Positions 31,303-42,411 of a stretch of 64,000 bases of DNA are shown here, piece after piece; the first letter of the stretch is position 1, and each line of letters starts with the position of its first letter. The notes under the pieces are model-generated. The model saw nothing but the letters and a program-made list of their open reading frames with translations. It was not told the origin of the DNA and searched no databases. The position numbers and the translations under genes were made by a program. Source of the DNA: Nitrosopumilus sp. (lineage in GTDB: Archaea > Thermoproteota > Nitrososphaeria > Nitrososphaerales > Nitrosopumilaceae); the NCBI GenBank assembly GCA_965238275.1, contig OZ250186.1, positions 1,280,001-1,344,000 of the forward strand, read 5' to 3'.

Positions 31303-31533
31303 CCCTTCATTGCACTCCCGCTGCCTTAATAATTGCTGTTCTGTAGAACGAATCCTGGTGATTGGAATGCCGGGTGTCTGTCGGCGTGACCACGTTTGGG
31401 CATCGCCCTGTATTGTTGATTGCAGAAACTTTTGACTTTTGCTTGGCTATGGGCACGATTCGTGTCTGGGCGGATCCGGGATCCGGCAATGCCATGGAGA
31501 TCAATTATTAAAGGGTGTTTCATCATGCACTCT

Positions 31534-31989
31534 ATGCCCAGTTATCAGGATCAGACGTGGATAAGACTCTGGAAGGAGAATGCCCCGGAGCTGCGTGAGC
31601 GCATAGTCAAATGGCGTAAGCAAAACGCAATTATCCGCATTGAAAAACCAAGCAGGATTCAAAGGGCCAGACGACTGGGATACAAGGCAAAGCAGGGCAT
31701 AATCGTTGTCCGCATGAGGGTGGGAACCGGCGGTATGAGAAAGCAGAGACCCACCGGAGGCAGGAGACCGAAACATCTTGGAGTTAACCGAATCAAGGCA
31801 GACGACAACATGAAGACTGTTGCAGAGAGAAGGGCCATGGAGAGGTACCCAAACATGACTATGCTAGGCTCCTACTTTATCTACAAGGACGGAAAGCACT
31901 ACTGGTTTGAAGTCATCATGGCAGATCCCAGCCATCCCAGGATTGCCCGGGATAAGGAATTAAACAAGCGGGTACCGCAAACCGCATAG
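31534..31989 (+). CDS. rpl15e: 50S ribosomal protein L15e
   Basis: ARRLGYKAKQG, GRRPKHLG and YWFEVIMADP motifs. Confidence 0.96.
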   Translation: MPSYQDQTWIRLWKENAPELRERIVKWRKQNAIIRIEKPSRIQRARRLGYKAKQGIIVVRMRVGTGGMRKQRPTGGRRPKHLGVNRIKADDNMKTVAERRAMERYPNMTMLGSYFIYKDGKHYWFEVIMADPSHPRIARDKELNKRVPQTA

Positions 31990-32062
31990 GGGTTCATACT
32001 GATTACACGGAATGTCAACAACATTTTAAAAATCCTTTTTAGATGATTAGTTACACGTTCAA

Positions 32063-32260
32063 ATGATGGACTGTAAAAGGTGCCATGATGAAGCCAAATG
32101 CGTGTGTGACAGCTGCAACGTGGATCTCTGCCACCATTGCCACGAGACTTGCGCAATCTGCGAGAAGCCCGTGTGTGGTAAATGCTGGTTCTCCAAACAC
32201 AGGCATACGGCAGCTGAGATATCGGTAGCGCCGCCATACATGGCCGTACCGTACAAATAA
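32063..32260 (+). CDS. Small Cys/His-rich zinc-finger protein
   Basis: Five CxxC pairs in 65 aa; AT-rich TATA-like upstream region. Confidence 0.6.
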   Translation: MMDCKRCHDEAKCVCDSCNVDLCHHCHETCAICEKPVCGKCWFSKHRHTAAEISVAPPYMAVPYK

Positions 32261-32474
32261 GATCAATTCGGGTGGGTCCCCCAAGAAAGGGTTGTTGGAG
32301 AGCGAACGCTCACCGGAGCACTGTGGGCTGGTAAGCGCCTCCTGGAAAATACAGCCATAAAGACTCTTTTTACCCAGTACACGTGATGCACCATGGATAA
32401 CCCAAAGGTTGCCCTGATAGGGGGGTTTGTCATAGTGGTTGTGCTGTCTGTGGCAGTTATCCTGATTCGATAAA

Positions 32475-33140
32475 TCAGTTCTCGTCAAGAAGCCTCTGAA
32501 TCATTCCGTCGATGTGCCCTGACTGGCCAAACGACACGTCCCTGAGAATTCCCCTTCTGTCGACTAGGATTGTCGAAGGCGTGCCCCGCAACGCAAACTT
32601 CTCAAAGGTCTCTGCCGAATACTCCTTTGATCTCATGTAGTCCCTTACCCTTTCAATGACCTGGTTTCTGTAATCCTCCGGATGCGAGTCAAACTCCGGA
32701 ATCTGCGGATAGATAAACTCCATGATCTTCTCCATGCTGACCTCCCCTCCGGTCTTTGTAAGGCTGTCCATCCCGAGCGGAAACGGAATGCTGTATGCAA
32801 GCTTGTCGCCATCCTTGAGCTGCCCGTACGTGGCAAGCGCCTTTTTTGTCTCTCCTACCACCGTGCCTTTCTCTGCAAGCAGCCTTAGGTTCTCCAGCGT
32901 ATTCTTGTCAAAATCCTCAAAGGCAGTGGCCATGCCCAGTACGCGTACCCCCTCATCCTTGTATTTGTTGTAGACGCTGATTGCCTCGGGAATCGCATGC
33001 ATAAAGCAGCCCGGGCAGTTGACCTGAAACACCTCCAACATCACGATGTGATCCTTTTCCCGGTCAAAATTTGTAGGAGCCCCCTGTACCCATTCTGAGA
33101 CCTTAAAGTTTGGCACCATGCTGCCTATCACTGCGCTCAT
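32475..33140 (-). CDS. Thioredoxin-fold redoxin (AhpC/TSA/TlpA-like)
   Basis: FQVNCPGC and GTPSTILVD motifs. Confidence 0.88.
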   Translation of the reverse strand: MSAVIGSMVPNFKVSEWVQGAPTNFDREKDHIVMLEVFQVNCPGCFMHAIPEAISVYNKYKDEGVRVLGMATAFEDFDKNTLENLRLLAEKGTVVGETKKALATYGQLKDGDKLAYSIPFPLGMDSLTKTGGEVSMEKIMEFIYPQIPEFDSHPEDYRNQVIERVRDYMRSKEYSAETFEKFALRGTPSTILVDRRGILRDVSFGQSGHIDGMIQRLLDEN

Positions 33141-33299
33141 AGATCTGCTGTATAGTTTTTACATTAAATATATACCTCCTCTCTATGGGGGCATGACCTG
33201 CATGTCTGGTAGGGTGCTATCCTGAGTGGCATCCGGAACGGCGTATCCCTACCTGCCTTCAAGTAGCCTAATATATGCCACTGAAAATCTCAAAATAAA

Positions 33300-33788
33300 T
33301 TGCAGGTTGTAACTGACGAGCGGATGAAGGTATTTGCCGAGATGGAGTCAAGGTACGAGCAAAAGGACACCCAGTATTTTGTAAACCTCCTGAACCATTC
33401 TGACTATGTGGTCAGGACGCGGGCAACATGCATTCTGGTGGATTTTGGCGGGGAGGACAAGATTCCGTATATCGCGCAGGTTCTCAAGCATGATGAAAAC
33501 GAACTTGTCCGGCACGAGGCCGCGTTCTCGCTGGGCCAGATGTGCTATTCCGGTTCCATACCCCCGTTGAGTGATGCAACCCTCAACGATCCAAGCATGT
33601 TTGTACGGCACGAGGCTGCAATTGCCTTGGGCGTGGTAGGCTCAAGGGAGGCAAAGGATACTCTTGAAAAGGCCCTTGGTGATTCTGATGCGCCGGTGGT
33701 AGAGTCGGCAGTGGTTGCCTTGTCCAACATACGGTTCATGGAAACGTTAAGTAAGAACGAAAAGTTTGCAAAACTAACAGGTGGTTAA
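33300..33788 (+). CDS. HEAT / PBS-lyase repeat protein
   Basis: VRHEAAFSLG and VRHEAAIALG repeats. Confidence 0.9.
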   Translation: MQVVTDERMKVFAEMESRYEQKDTQYFVNLLNHSDYVVRTRATCILVDFGGEDKIPYIAQVLKHDENELVRHEAAFSLGQMCYSGSIPPLSDATLNDPSMFVRHEAAIALGVVGSREAKDTLEKALGDSDAPVVESAVVALSNIRFMETLSKNEKFAKLTGG

Positions 33789-33789
33789 G

Positions 33790-34311
33790 ATGAATTTCTC
33801 CTATGGTATAATTGCTGCAGTCGGAATTCTTGTTGCCATCTCTCTGGGGTTCATTGCCATCTCGCCAGACGATGTCATTGAACCGCGCATAGTCAGCGAA
33901 CCCACATTCTGCCCTGCAGAACTGGATCCCGTATGCGGCCTTGATGACCAGACCTATGACAACATGTGCATGATGGGTGAGGCCGGCGCCAGGCTGGATC
34001 ATAAGGGCCGGTGCGTTCCCATCGTGATCATCCCGGCAGGGACATCTCTACCCGGATGTGAAGCAACCGACGAGTGCTTTGTGCCTTCTGCCATTACCAT
34101 CTCTGCCGGCGAGGCTCTTGTATGGGAGAGCGAGGACAACGCTGCACATACTGTAACGTACGGTGATCCGCAGACGTTTCCCGAGCCAATATTTGACTCC
34201 GGACTGCTCCCACCAGGTGGCTCGTACGAATTTACATTTGCCGATGCAGGAACCTATGACTACTTTTGCATAGTTCATCCATGGATGCTTGGAGTGGTCA
34301 CCGTAGAGTGA
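33790..34311 (+). CDS. Membrane-anchored Kazal domain plus blue copper (plastocyanin-like) protein
   Basis: CPAELDPVCGLDDQTYDNMC (Kazal); HTVT...YFCIVHPWM (type 1 Cu site). Confidence 0.88.
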   Translation: MNFSYGIIAAVGILVAISLGFIAISPDDVIEPRIVSEPTFCPAELDPVCGLDDQTYDNMCMMGEAGARLDHKGRCVPIVIIPAGTSLPGCEATDECFVPSAITISAGEALVWESEDNAAHTVTYGDPQTFPEPIFDSGLLPPGGSYEFTFADAGTYDYFCIVHPWMLGVVTVE

Positions 34312-34445
34312 GATCCGGCCTCGACGGAATTGGCCTTGTCCTCCCGTAGTACTGCTGCCGCCGCATTCTGAACTGCGACAGCCGGACGTTCGGTTCATCA
34401 GTTATCCAAAGATTCATAAACTGAAATTTAGGAAAACAGCACACA

Positions 34446-35033
34446 GTGTTTTCAATATCCACCCTAGTTGATGTTGTACGAATTCCGCCCAACCTCTTTG
34501 AGACTACACTCAAGAAGGCGGCAATGAACATACTGAAGGAAAAGTACGAGAGCATGATTAATGCAGAGCTTGGATACATCATCATGATTCTGGATGCCAA
34601 GGTGGATGACATGGGCAAGATGATTGCAGGGGATGGCGGAACATTCCACAAGGTCCAGTTCGAAGCGCTTACGTTTTATCCAAAACTGCAGGAGATCGTC
34701 CAGGGCGAGATCGTCGACATTACCGACTTTGGCGCGTTTGTCCGAATCGGCCCAACAGATGCACTGCTCCATCTCTCACAGGTAATGGACGACTACCTGA
34801 AGAGCGACGTAAAGTCCGGAATGATTCTGGCCAACCAGAGCGGAAGAACACTCAAGGTGGGCTCAACAATCCGCGCAAGAATAACTGCCGTATCGCTAGG
34901 CAAGGCTGCAACGATGGGCAAGATTGGCATCACGTGCAGGCAGCCGTTCCTGGGGGCGGACAGCTGGATTGCAGAAGAGATCCAAAAGTCGGATGCAGAG
35001 GCGGACAGGTCTGCAAATGCCGAGGTAAGCTGA
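34446..35033 (+). CDS. rpo7: RNA polymerase subunit Rpo7 (E')
   Basis: S1 domain FGAFVRIGPTDALLHLSQ and ITCRQPFLG. Confidence 0.95.
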   Translation: MFSISTLVDVVRIPPNLFETTLKKAAMNILKEKYESMINAELGYIIMILDAKVDDMGKMIAGDGGTFHKVQFEALTFYPKLQEIVQGEIVDITDFGAFVRIGPTDALLHLSQVMDDYLKSDVKSGMILANQSGRTLKVGSTIRARITAVSLGKAATMGKIGITCRQPFLGADSWIAEEIQKSDAEADRSANAEVS

Positions 35034-35034
35034 G

Positions 35035-35223
35035 ATGGCACGTGAAATGGCATGCAGAAAGTGCAAGTTTGTCACAATCGGAAGGGTATGCCCTGTCTGC
35101 AAGTCCTCTGATCTGACGCCTGACTGGAACGGGATAGTCTTCGTAGTGGATCCTACAAACTCTGAGATTTCAAAGACCCTTGGCATTACCAAGAAGGGCA
35201 AGTACGCCATAAAGGTGACATAG
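35035..35223 (+). CDS. spt4: Transcription elongation factor Spt4 (RpoE'')
   Basis: ACRKC..CPVC..GKYAIKV; follows rpo7. Confidence 0.95.
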   Translation: MAREMACRKCKFVTIGRVCPVCKSSDLTPDWNGIVFVVDPTNSEISKTLGITKKGKYAIKVT

Positions 35224-35261
35224 CGGGAACTCAAATATTTAAAATCCTCCAAGAACTCATA

Positions 35262-36083
35262 ATGACATTGTCGTCTGATACCAAAAGACAGCTGGCGCAG
35301 TTTCTTGCAGAGGATGTCGGAACCGGTGACATTACAGGTGCGCTTCTGCCCAAAAAGCAGATTCGTGCCAGAATAATATCCCGGGAGGATGCAGTGCTTG
35401 CAGGCACGGTGCATGCAAGGGACCTGTTTGGGATGGCAGGGTGCAGGGCAAGAATCCTTGTAAAGGACGGCTCGCCAATCCGGACCAATCAGACTGTGAT
35501 GACTGTTGCCGGTGATGCTGCAGACGTTTTGGCATGCGAGAGGACCGCCCTGAACCTGCTTGCAAGAATGAGCGGGATTGCAACCCAGACTGACCAGATG
35601 GTTCGGAGGATTCCAGACGGGACGCTTTTGTATGCAACAAGAAAGACTGCTCCCGGGCTGCGATACTTTGACAAGGAGGCAGTCCAGGCAGGCGGCGGCC
35701 GGCCGCACCGGCTCCGGCTTGACGAGATGGTCATGATAAAGGACAACCACATCGCTGCCGGCGGCTCCCTTTTGTCACTGATCAGGGAGGCAAGAAAGAC
35801 GCATGATACATTCGAAGTCGAGGTGGAAAATGCCGATGATGCCGTTCTTGCCGCAAGGGAGGGGGCCGCAATCGTAATGCTGGACAACTTTACCCCGGCG
35901 CAGATCAAAAGAACCATCCGGATTCTCAAGGATCAGGGACTCCGGGACGGCGTACGGCTGGAGGCGTCCGGCGGAATCACGCCGGGCAACATCTCAAGGT
36001 ATGCCGGTACCGGAGTCGATATCATCTCTGCCGGTTCCATTACAAACTCTGTCAGGTGCATCGACATGAGTCTAGAGATCTGA
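35262..36083 (+). CDS. nadC: Nicotinate-nucleotide diphosphorylase
   Basis: TRKTAPG, IKDNH, MLDNF and EASGGI motifs. Confidence 0.96.
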   Translation: MTLSSDTKRQLAQFLAEDVGTGDITGALLPKKQIRARIISREDAVLAGTVHARDLFGMAGCRARILVKDGSPIRTNQTVMTVAGDAADVLACERTALNLLARMSGIATQTDQMVRRIPDGTLLYATRKTAPGLRYFDKEAVQAGGGRPHRLRLDEMVMIKDNHIAAGGSLLSLIREARKTHDTFEVEVENADDAVLAAREGAAIVMLDNFTPAQIKRTIRILKDQGLRDGVRLEASGGITPGNISRYAGTGVDIISAGSITNSVRCIDMSLEI

Positions 36084-36467
36084 TTCTGCCTGTCGCAGCA
36101 GTTCTGCCACTGCCTTGTTCTTTGGATCAACCTCCTGAATCTTCTTACAACACAGGACTGCCTGCTTCATCTGGCCCAGCCTGTGGTGGGAGTGCGCCTT
36201 GAGCAGCAGCGCCTCTGTGTCATACGAGCCAATCTCAAGGGCCCTGTCAAGATACGTTATGGCCGTCTTGTACCTCTTTTTCATGTAGTATATTCCGCCG
36301 ATGGTAAACAGGACGTCCTGGTTTCCCGGCACCCTTTTTAGATATTCCGTGCCTGACCTGACTGCCTCGTCGTATTTTTCATCCCTGACAAGCTTTTTGA
36401 ACTCCTTTATCCTCCTTATATTCTCCTTCCTGTGGGGATCTGCAGGCCTGCCAAACAATCCTGTCAT
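36072..36467 (-). CDS. Tetratricopeptide repeat protein
   Basis: TPR-like helical repeats ending VDPKN. Confidence 0.85.
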   Translation of the reverse strand: MTGLFGRPADPHRKENIRRIKEFKKLVRDEKYDEAVRSGTEYLKRVPGNQDVLFTIGGIYYMKKRYKTAITYLDRALEIGSYDTEALLLKAHSHHRLGQMKQAVLCCKKIQEVDPKNKAVAELLRQAESDL

Positions 36468-36483
36468 GGCCACATACACGGTC

Positions 36484-37440
36484 CTAGCTTATCTCAAGCA
36501 TCCTGTTGATTGCCCGGCGTGCCTTCCTGGCAATGTCTGCAGGTACGGTAACGGCATATCTTTCGTTGACCAGTGCATCGTGCACCTTTTCAAGCGTGAT
36601 CATCTTCATGTACTGGCATTCGGCCTTTTCTGATGCGGGAACAAAGGTCTTGCCAGGATTCTGCTGTCTCATCCTGTACAGTATGCCTGTCTCGGTGGCG
36701 ACTACGAACCTGCTTGCCTTTGATCTGCTGACATGATTAAGCATGCCCTCTGTGGACAGGATGGACACGTTCCTGTCCCCGAAGCCGCCTGTTGCCGCAT
36801 CATACATCATGGGCGTGGTGCAGCTGCATTCTGGATGTATGACAAACTCTGCATCCCTCATCGAGTCCAGCTTTCTGGTGATGTCCTGCGGGGTGATTCC
36901 GGCGTGGACGTGGCACTCCCCTGCCCATATCTTCATGTTCTTCCTGCCCGTCATCCTTGCAACGTAGGAGCCAAGGAACATGTCTGGCAGGAACAGGATC
37001 TCCCTGTCCTCTGGAATAGCCCTGATAACGTTTACCGCGTTTGACGAGGTACAGCAGTAGTCAAGCTCTGCCTTGATCTCCGCAGTAGTGTTGACATACC
37101 CTACAGATATGGCTCCGGGATGCTGCCTCTTCCAGTCCCTCAACTCCTTGACTGTGATGGAGTCTGACAGGGAACACCCTGCCTCCGGATCCGGAATCAG
37201 CACCCGCTTTTCGGGGCTGATGATTGCCGCAGTCTCTGCCATAAAGTTCACGCCGCAGAACAGGATGGTCTTTTGTGGAACGGTTGCAGCCTGCCTTGAG
37301 AGGCCAAGCGAATCGCCTGTAAAGTCTGCCACATCCTGGACATCGGGAATCTGGTAGTTGTGTGCAAGGATCACGACGTCCTTTTCCCTCTTGAGTCTTT
37401 GAATTTCGTCTTTCAATTGTGAAGACTGCTGTACGAGCAT
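36484..37440 (-). CDS. nadA: Quinolinate synthase
   Basis: LAHNYQ, FCGVNFMAE, HPEC and CQYMK motifs. Confidence 0.96.
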   Translation of the reverse strand: MLVQQSSQLKDEIQRLKREKDVVILAHNYQIPDVQDVADFTGDSLGLSRQAATVPQKTILFCGVNFMAETAAIISPEKRVLIPDPEAGCSLSDSITVKELRDWKRQHPGAISVGYVNTTAEIKAELDYCCTSSNAVNVIRAIPEDREILFLPDMFLGSYVARMTGRKNMKIWAGECHVHAGITPQDITRKLDSMRDAEFVIHPECSCTTPMMYDAATGGFGDRNVSILSTEGMLNHVSRSKASRFVVATETGILYRMRQQNPGKTFVPASEKAECQYMKMITLEKVHDALVNERYAVTVPADIARKARRAINRMLEIS

Positions 37441-37531
37441 GCCTTATCCATTTGAATCCGAGGGGATTTAAAGAGTGGGAAATAGTCAATTATTCTCAAA
37501 AAACCCCTCCAGTGTGGCAATAATTGCCATA

Positions 37532-38350
37532 TCATGTGCCTATCCGGATTTCGTCTGAGCAGTACTCCCTCAGGGTCTCGATTGCAGACAGGGTTGCCAG
37601 CCTGCTTGTCTTGGGGTTCTGCGGATCCGGAACGTTGCGTATCGTAAATGACATGCTCCCGAATTTTCCGACGGCCTCTATGTGGTGGGTGTTCCTGTCA
37701 GTGTTGGGGTCTGCAATTATTCTTACCGTGGTCCTGTCGCTGCCTATCCCTGACAGCGACAGCAGGGCTGCAACGTTGATGTTTGCAGGAAACATGCGTA
37801 CTGCCTGTCCTGCGGTTCCCTCAAATATCGCAGTTGCAGAGTCGATACCGTCAGGATCAATCCCGGACTCCTCAAAGAACCTTGCCCCCTTCAAAGATGA
37901 CGGGTGCTTTGTGGTGGTAATGCAAACGCTGTCCAGCTCGTCCCGGACCGCCCTTATTGCGTCCAGCCCCGCAATCGCGCCTGACGGCAGAAGGATGGTC
38001 CGCGAAAAGTCCCCGCATGCCTCTGAGAGCACCTCGTGGATCGACTCGTCAAGCAGCGCACCCACGCTCATTACCATCAGGTCCCTCCTGTTCTGCAGGA
38101 CGCTCAGGGCCACATCCCTGACTGCATCCTGGGATGCAGCCTCCACCACGATGTCTACCGGATGCGATGAGAGGAGGTGGGGGTTTTCAACTATTACGGG
38201 CCTGCTCTTGAGTCGTCCTGCCAGCCGGGCAGAAGCCTCCCTTGATTCATCATACACGTGTGTAAGGGTCGCAGGAATCCTTCCCGAATCTATTGCCAGC
38301 GCGATTCGGGTTCCTATTGCACCGCAGCCCAGCAGGCCGATTCTCTTCAA
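37532..38350 (-). CDS. nadX: Aspartate dehydrogenase
   Basis: GCGAIG, VVEAAS, FPANINVAA and NPKTS motifs; nad gene context. Confidence 0.92.
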   Translation of the reverse strand: MKRIGLLGCGAIGTRIALAIDSGRIPATLTHVYDESREASARLAGRLKSRPVIVENPHLLSSHPVDIVVEAASQDAVRDVALSVLQNRRDLMVMSVGALLDESIHEVLSEACGDFSRTILLPSGAIAGLDAIRAVRDELDSVCITTTKHPSSLKGARFFEESGIDPDGIDSATAIFEGTAGQAVRMFPANINVAALLSLSGIGSDRTTVRIIADPNTDRNTHHIEAVGKFGSMSFTIRNVPDPQNPKTSRLATLSAIETLREYCSDEIRIGT

Positions 38351-38499
38351 ACACCGGGATTGGGGACTGCTGTCTAATTAACCCTAGCTGGGATGCGGCA
38401 CCCGTTGATGGCGAATGCCTGGCCCAATCTCTGTTCAGTCCCTCCTGGCGGTGACATCCTTGGGCAAATGTTATACAACCTGAACACGGCTGACTCGTT

Positions 38500-39588
38500 A
38501 TGAGTGAAAACCCCCTGGAAAACTTGGTTGCAGATCTTGGCACCTGCCTGTCAGGTAGGAAGCATTCGGACGTCATACTGGGCAAGGATGATGCCGGACA
38601 GACCTATCCACTCATACCATCAGAATTCTCAGAGATAAGACCCGCTGAGACATCACGCAAGATGGCATTTGTCGACGGCGGCAACGGACTGCTGGCAGAG
38701 TCGGCAAACCATCTGATTACGGTTAACCGTGTGTATTTTTCCCTGTTTCAGGGAAGTAGGAGAGTCGCGCCGGTCTGTGGCCCGCGCATCCAGTTCTTCT
38801 CCTATGTGGTGTTGGATACGCCTGATACGGGCATCACATACAGCACAAGGCTGTTTCCGTACACAGACAACGACAGGAGGTTTCTTCCTGACGAGTCTGC
38901 CCTGTCCTCAAAGATCGAAGGAAACTCCGTACTTGACAGTTCAAGGTTCAGCTCCCTGAGCAGGAGGTTTGCCGAATGGCAGATGGCAATCCGCGTAGTA
39001 GAGTCCGAGCTGGAGGCAGGAGACATGCTGGTCATGGACGGCTCCCTGCAGACCAGTTTTGAAAACGAGGCGCAATACGCAGACAGGCTGTACCGGGCGG
39101 CGCAGGACAAGGGCGTAATAGTGTGCGGACTGGCAAAGACAAGCCGGCTGGTTACCAAGTCCGGCCACCCGCTCCTTGCAAGGGTTGCAGAGATTGCAAG
39201 GGACGTTCCGTATGGCAGCTGGTACGTGAAGGTGGCCGACAGGATCTCGCCTGACGGCAAAGAGTTCATGCTTGCAGTTAAATTCCACAATGAATCCAGA
39301 TTCGTCTTCAGGTTTGAGATACTCCGGGATCAATTCCACAGCATGACCCCTGATGATCTGGACTCGGTACTTGGCAGCCTGGCTGAAAACTCCCGGGATG
39401 TCTCCATGATTGGCTATCCATACGGCGCACTGGATGCAGACAGGTTTGCCCAGATACGCACAAACGAATTAAGCATGTACCGCAGACATGCCAAGATAGA
39501 GATGCTCAAGCGGCCCGAGTGGAAAATGATGCAAATGTATGATACCAGCCTGATGGCACATGACGTTTTGAATGGTGCAACCGTATGA
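38500..39588 (+). CDS. nurA: NurA nuclease
   Basis: FVDGG, MDGSL, LAKTS and GYPY motifs; first gene of the repair operon. Confidence 0.88.
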   Translation: MSENPLENLVADLGTCLSGRKHSDVILGKDDAGQTYPLIPSEFSEIRPAETSRKMAFVDGGNGLLAESANHLITVNRVYFSLFQGSRRVAPVCGPRIQFFSYVVLDTPDTGITYSTRLFPYTDNDRRFLPDESALSSKIEGNSVLDSSRFSSLSRRFAEWQMAIRVVESELEAGDMLVMDGSLQTSFENEAQYADRLYRAAQDKGVIVCGLAKTSRLVTKSGHPLLARVAEIARDVPYGSWYVKVADRISPDGKEFMLAVKFHNESRFVFRFEILRDQFHSMTPDDLDSVLGSLAENSRDVSMIGYPYGALDADRFAQIRTNELSMYRRHAKIEMLKRPEWKMMQMYDTSLMAHDVLNGATV

Positions 39589-41150
39589 ATGACGAAATAG
39601 TAGGGCAGGTGGTAGGCGGGGATTTTGGACGCATAATACTCCGGGAAAAGGACGGGGCAGGCATTGAGATTGGCAGCCTGCTGGTATCCCAGGAAGAGGA
39701 CTCGTTTCTAATCATGCAGGTATTTGACATGGAGTACGGCTCGCAGATACAGGAGGGGATGCGCCAGATGATGTCCGGCGTGAGCATGGAGCAGATAATT
39801 GATGCCAAGTTTTATGAGCCGGAATTTGTCAACTACGTCCTGGCCAAACTCAAGCCGCTTGCCCGGGTGGACAGGAATGACAAGGTCAGGATTCCAAAAT
39901 CACTTCCCACGTTCTTTAGCAGGCTGCGCCTGATCTCCTCTGACGACCTGAAGTTCCTGCAAAGGAACCGCGATTCAATCTTTGTAGGCAATATCCGGAG
40001 CGGAAGCACGTCCCTGGATGCCAAGGTCTGGCTGCCTGCACAGGATGTATTTTCACACCATGTGCTGATTCCTGCGGCCACGGGCAGGGGGAAGTCAAAC
40101 CTGATAAAGTGCATCCTGTGGAACGTACTTGACACAAACAATGTCGGCGTGCTGGTTCTTGATGCACACGATGAATATTATGGGCGGGGAAGGAAAGGCC
40201 TGAAGGATCATCTGAGGGCCACAGAAAATCTTGCATACTATACGCCGTCTGATCCGCCGCCGGGCGCCAGGCAGCTGACGATCAACTTGCAGTCAGTCGA
40301 ACCCGAACACTTTGAGGGGATTGTTGATTTTTCAGACGCGCAGCTTCAGGCAATCCGGACCGCATTTAGAAAGCACAAAAGGGACTGGATCAAGAAACTG
40401 ATGCAGGCGGATCCGTCCTCTGGCAGCATTGACGGGTCAGACTCCAGCCAGGGCGAGTTCAAGTCATCGACCCTGATGGTGGTTCAGAGGCGGCTACGCA
40501 TGCTTTTAAACCTGCACGTGGATGAGTCTGACACAGTCTCCTCCAGACATGAGGTGTTTGACGCTGACACGAGGGGCATGACGACTGTCAATGATATCGT
40601 AGACGAGATAGAGCAGGGCAGGGTGGTGGTTCTGGACACCTCTAGACTGGGAGACGAGGCAGAACTGATCGTCGGGAACATCATTGCAGACAGGCTGCTA
40701 CACCGGTACAAGGATGCAAAGGCAAGAGGCCAGCTGGACCACAAGCCGGTCGCCACCATAGTCATTGAGGAGGCGCCACGCGTCATAGGCAGCGACGTGC
40801 TGGCATCAAACGACAATGTCTATTCCACGATCGCCAAGGAGGGGCGCAAGTTCAAGGTGGGGCTTACGGCCATCACGCAGCTCTCCAGCGTAATACCCAA
40901 GACCATCCTTGCAAACATGAACACAAAGATAATTCTGGGCAACGAGATGAAGCAGGAGAGGGATGCGATAATCGCCTCTGCCTCGCAGGATCTGTCCGGC
41001 GATGACAAGAATATCGCAAGCCTGGACAAGGGGGAGGCAATAATTACAAGCATCTTTGTGCCGTTTGCCATGCCGATCAAGATTCCGCTCTTTGATGATC
41101 TGGTAAAAAGCCAGCAGCGCCCAAAACCTGAAAAGATTAAGGTGTTCTAG
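39585..41150 (+). CDS. herA: HerA DNA helicase/ATPase
   Basis: HAS barrel; ATGRGKS, IEEA and KEGRKF motifs. Confidence 0.9.
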   Translation: MNDEIVGQVVGGDFGRIILREKDGAGIEIGSLLVSQEEDSFLIMQVFDMEYGSQIQEGMRQMMSGVSMEQIIDAKFYEPEFVNYVLAKLKPLARVDRNDKVRIPKSLPTFFSRLRLISSDDLKFLQRNRDSIFVGNIRSGSTSLDAKVWLPAQDVFSHHVLIPAATGRGKSNLIKCILWNVLDTNNVGVLVLDAHDEYYGRGRKGLKDHLRATENLAYYTPSDPPPGARQLTINLQSVEPEHFEGIVDFSDAQLQAIRTAFRKHKRDWIKKLMQADPSSGSIDGSDSSQGEFKSSTLMVVQRRLRMLLNLHVDESDTVSSRHEVFDADTRGMTTVNDIVDEIEQGRVVVLDTSRLGDEAELIVGNIIADRLLHRYKDAKARGQLDHKPVATIVIEEAPRVIGSDVLASNDNVYSTIAKEGRKFKVGLTAITQLSSVIPKTILANMNTKIILGNEMKQERDAIIASASQDLSGDDKNIASLDKGEAIITSIFVPFAMPIKIPLFDDLVKSQQRPKPEKIKVF

Positions 41151-41151
41151 T

Positions 41152-42411
41152 TTGAGATTTGCACACATGTCTGACATTCATCTGGGATTTCAAAAAGAGT
41201 CCGCACTGCAGGACGTGGAACGGCGTGTCTTTGAGGACGCGCTTGACAGATGCATGTCCATGAATGTCGACTTTATCCTGATGCCCGGCGACATATTCCA
41301 TGTAAACATTCCCGAGATGCGCGTTCAAAAATACGCATTCACAAAGTTCCGGGAGGTATACGAGGCCGGAATCCCCGTCTATGTCGTGTATGGGAGCCAC
41401 GACTTTTCCCCGGTGTCAAACTCGGTAATCGACCTGCTGGCTGCTGCAGGCTACATAATCAAGGTTGCAAATGCCACGAGTAATGATGACGGGACGATAT
41501 CCCTTGGCTTCATATCCGATGAAAAGACAGGCGCCAGGATCACCGGCCTGTCCGGGCTCAAGGCCGGAAACGACAGGGAACACTACCAAAAACTTGACAG
41601 GGTTCCCCTAGAGTCGGAACCCGGATTCAAGATATTTCTGTTTCATGCAGGGATTGCAGAGATGAAGGGAGACAATACCAACGAGGGAGACCAGATGCCA
41701 CTGTCGCTGCTTCCAAGGGGATTCTCCTACTATGCCGGAGGCCACATGCACAAGAGCAGCCATCAGACATTTGAGAGATACCCGCATGTCGTCTACTCTG
41801 GAACCCCGTTTGCAGGCTACCACTCGGATCTGGAGCATAATGCCCGGGGGACGGAACGGGGATTTTACACAGTCGAGTTTGAAGACGATGTAAAGTCAGT
41901 CGAGTTTGTCACCCTGGAAAACACCCGGTGTGAACTGATAGAAATCGACGCAGATGACAAGCCCGTAGAGTCAGTAAACCAGAAATTGCGCCGGAGCATA
42001 GATGAAATTGATCCCACAGACAAGGTCGTGATAGTCAAGATTGCAGGCGAGATGACCAGTGGAAAGACTGCCGATGTGGACATCTCTGCTGCAAGAAGCA
42101 GCCTTGCACAAAGGGGATCGCTTGTATCACTGGTCAACAAGAACCAGCTAAAATCAAAGGAGTACGCCATCACGCAGGCAAACGGTACTGACCGCACGGA
42201 GATCGAGACCAACATATTTTCTGAAAACATAGGACAGCTCCGTCTTGATCAAAAGGATCTGCTAGGAGAGCAGGGCGTCGATCTTGCGCGAAGACTGCTT
42301 CGAAAGCTGGGAGAAGAACCGCTGGCCAATGAAAAGAAAAACACATACGCTGCAAGGATCCAAAACGACGCACTGGCGATTCTGGGACTGGACGGGAATG
42401 ATGATTCTTAA
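41152..42411 (+). CDS. mre11: Mre11 nuclease
   Basis: SDIHLG, GDIFH, GSHD and GGHMH motifs. Confidence 0.92.
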   Translation: MRFAHMSDIHLGFQKESALQDVERRVFEDALDRCMSMNVDFILMPGDIFHVNIPEMRVQKYAFTKFREVYEAGIPVYVVYGSHDFSPVSNSVIDLLAAAGYIIKVANATSNDDGTISLGFISDEKTGARITGLSGLKAGNDREHYQKLDRVPLESEPGFKIFLFHAGIAEMKGDNTNEGDQMPLSLLPRGFSYYAGGHMHKSSHQTFERYPHVVYSGTPFAGYHSDLEHNARGTERGFYTVEFEDDVKSVEFVTLENTRCELIEIDADDKPVESVNQKLRRSIDEIDPTDKVVIVKIAGEMTSGKTADVDISAARSSLAQRGSLVSLVNKNQLKSKEYAITQANGTDRTEIETNIFSENIGQLRLDQKDLLGEQGVDLARRLLRKLGEEPLANEKKNTYAARIQNDALAILGLDGNDDS

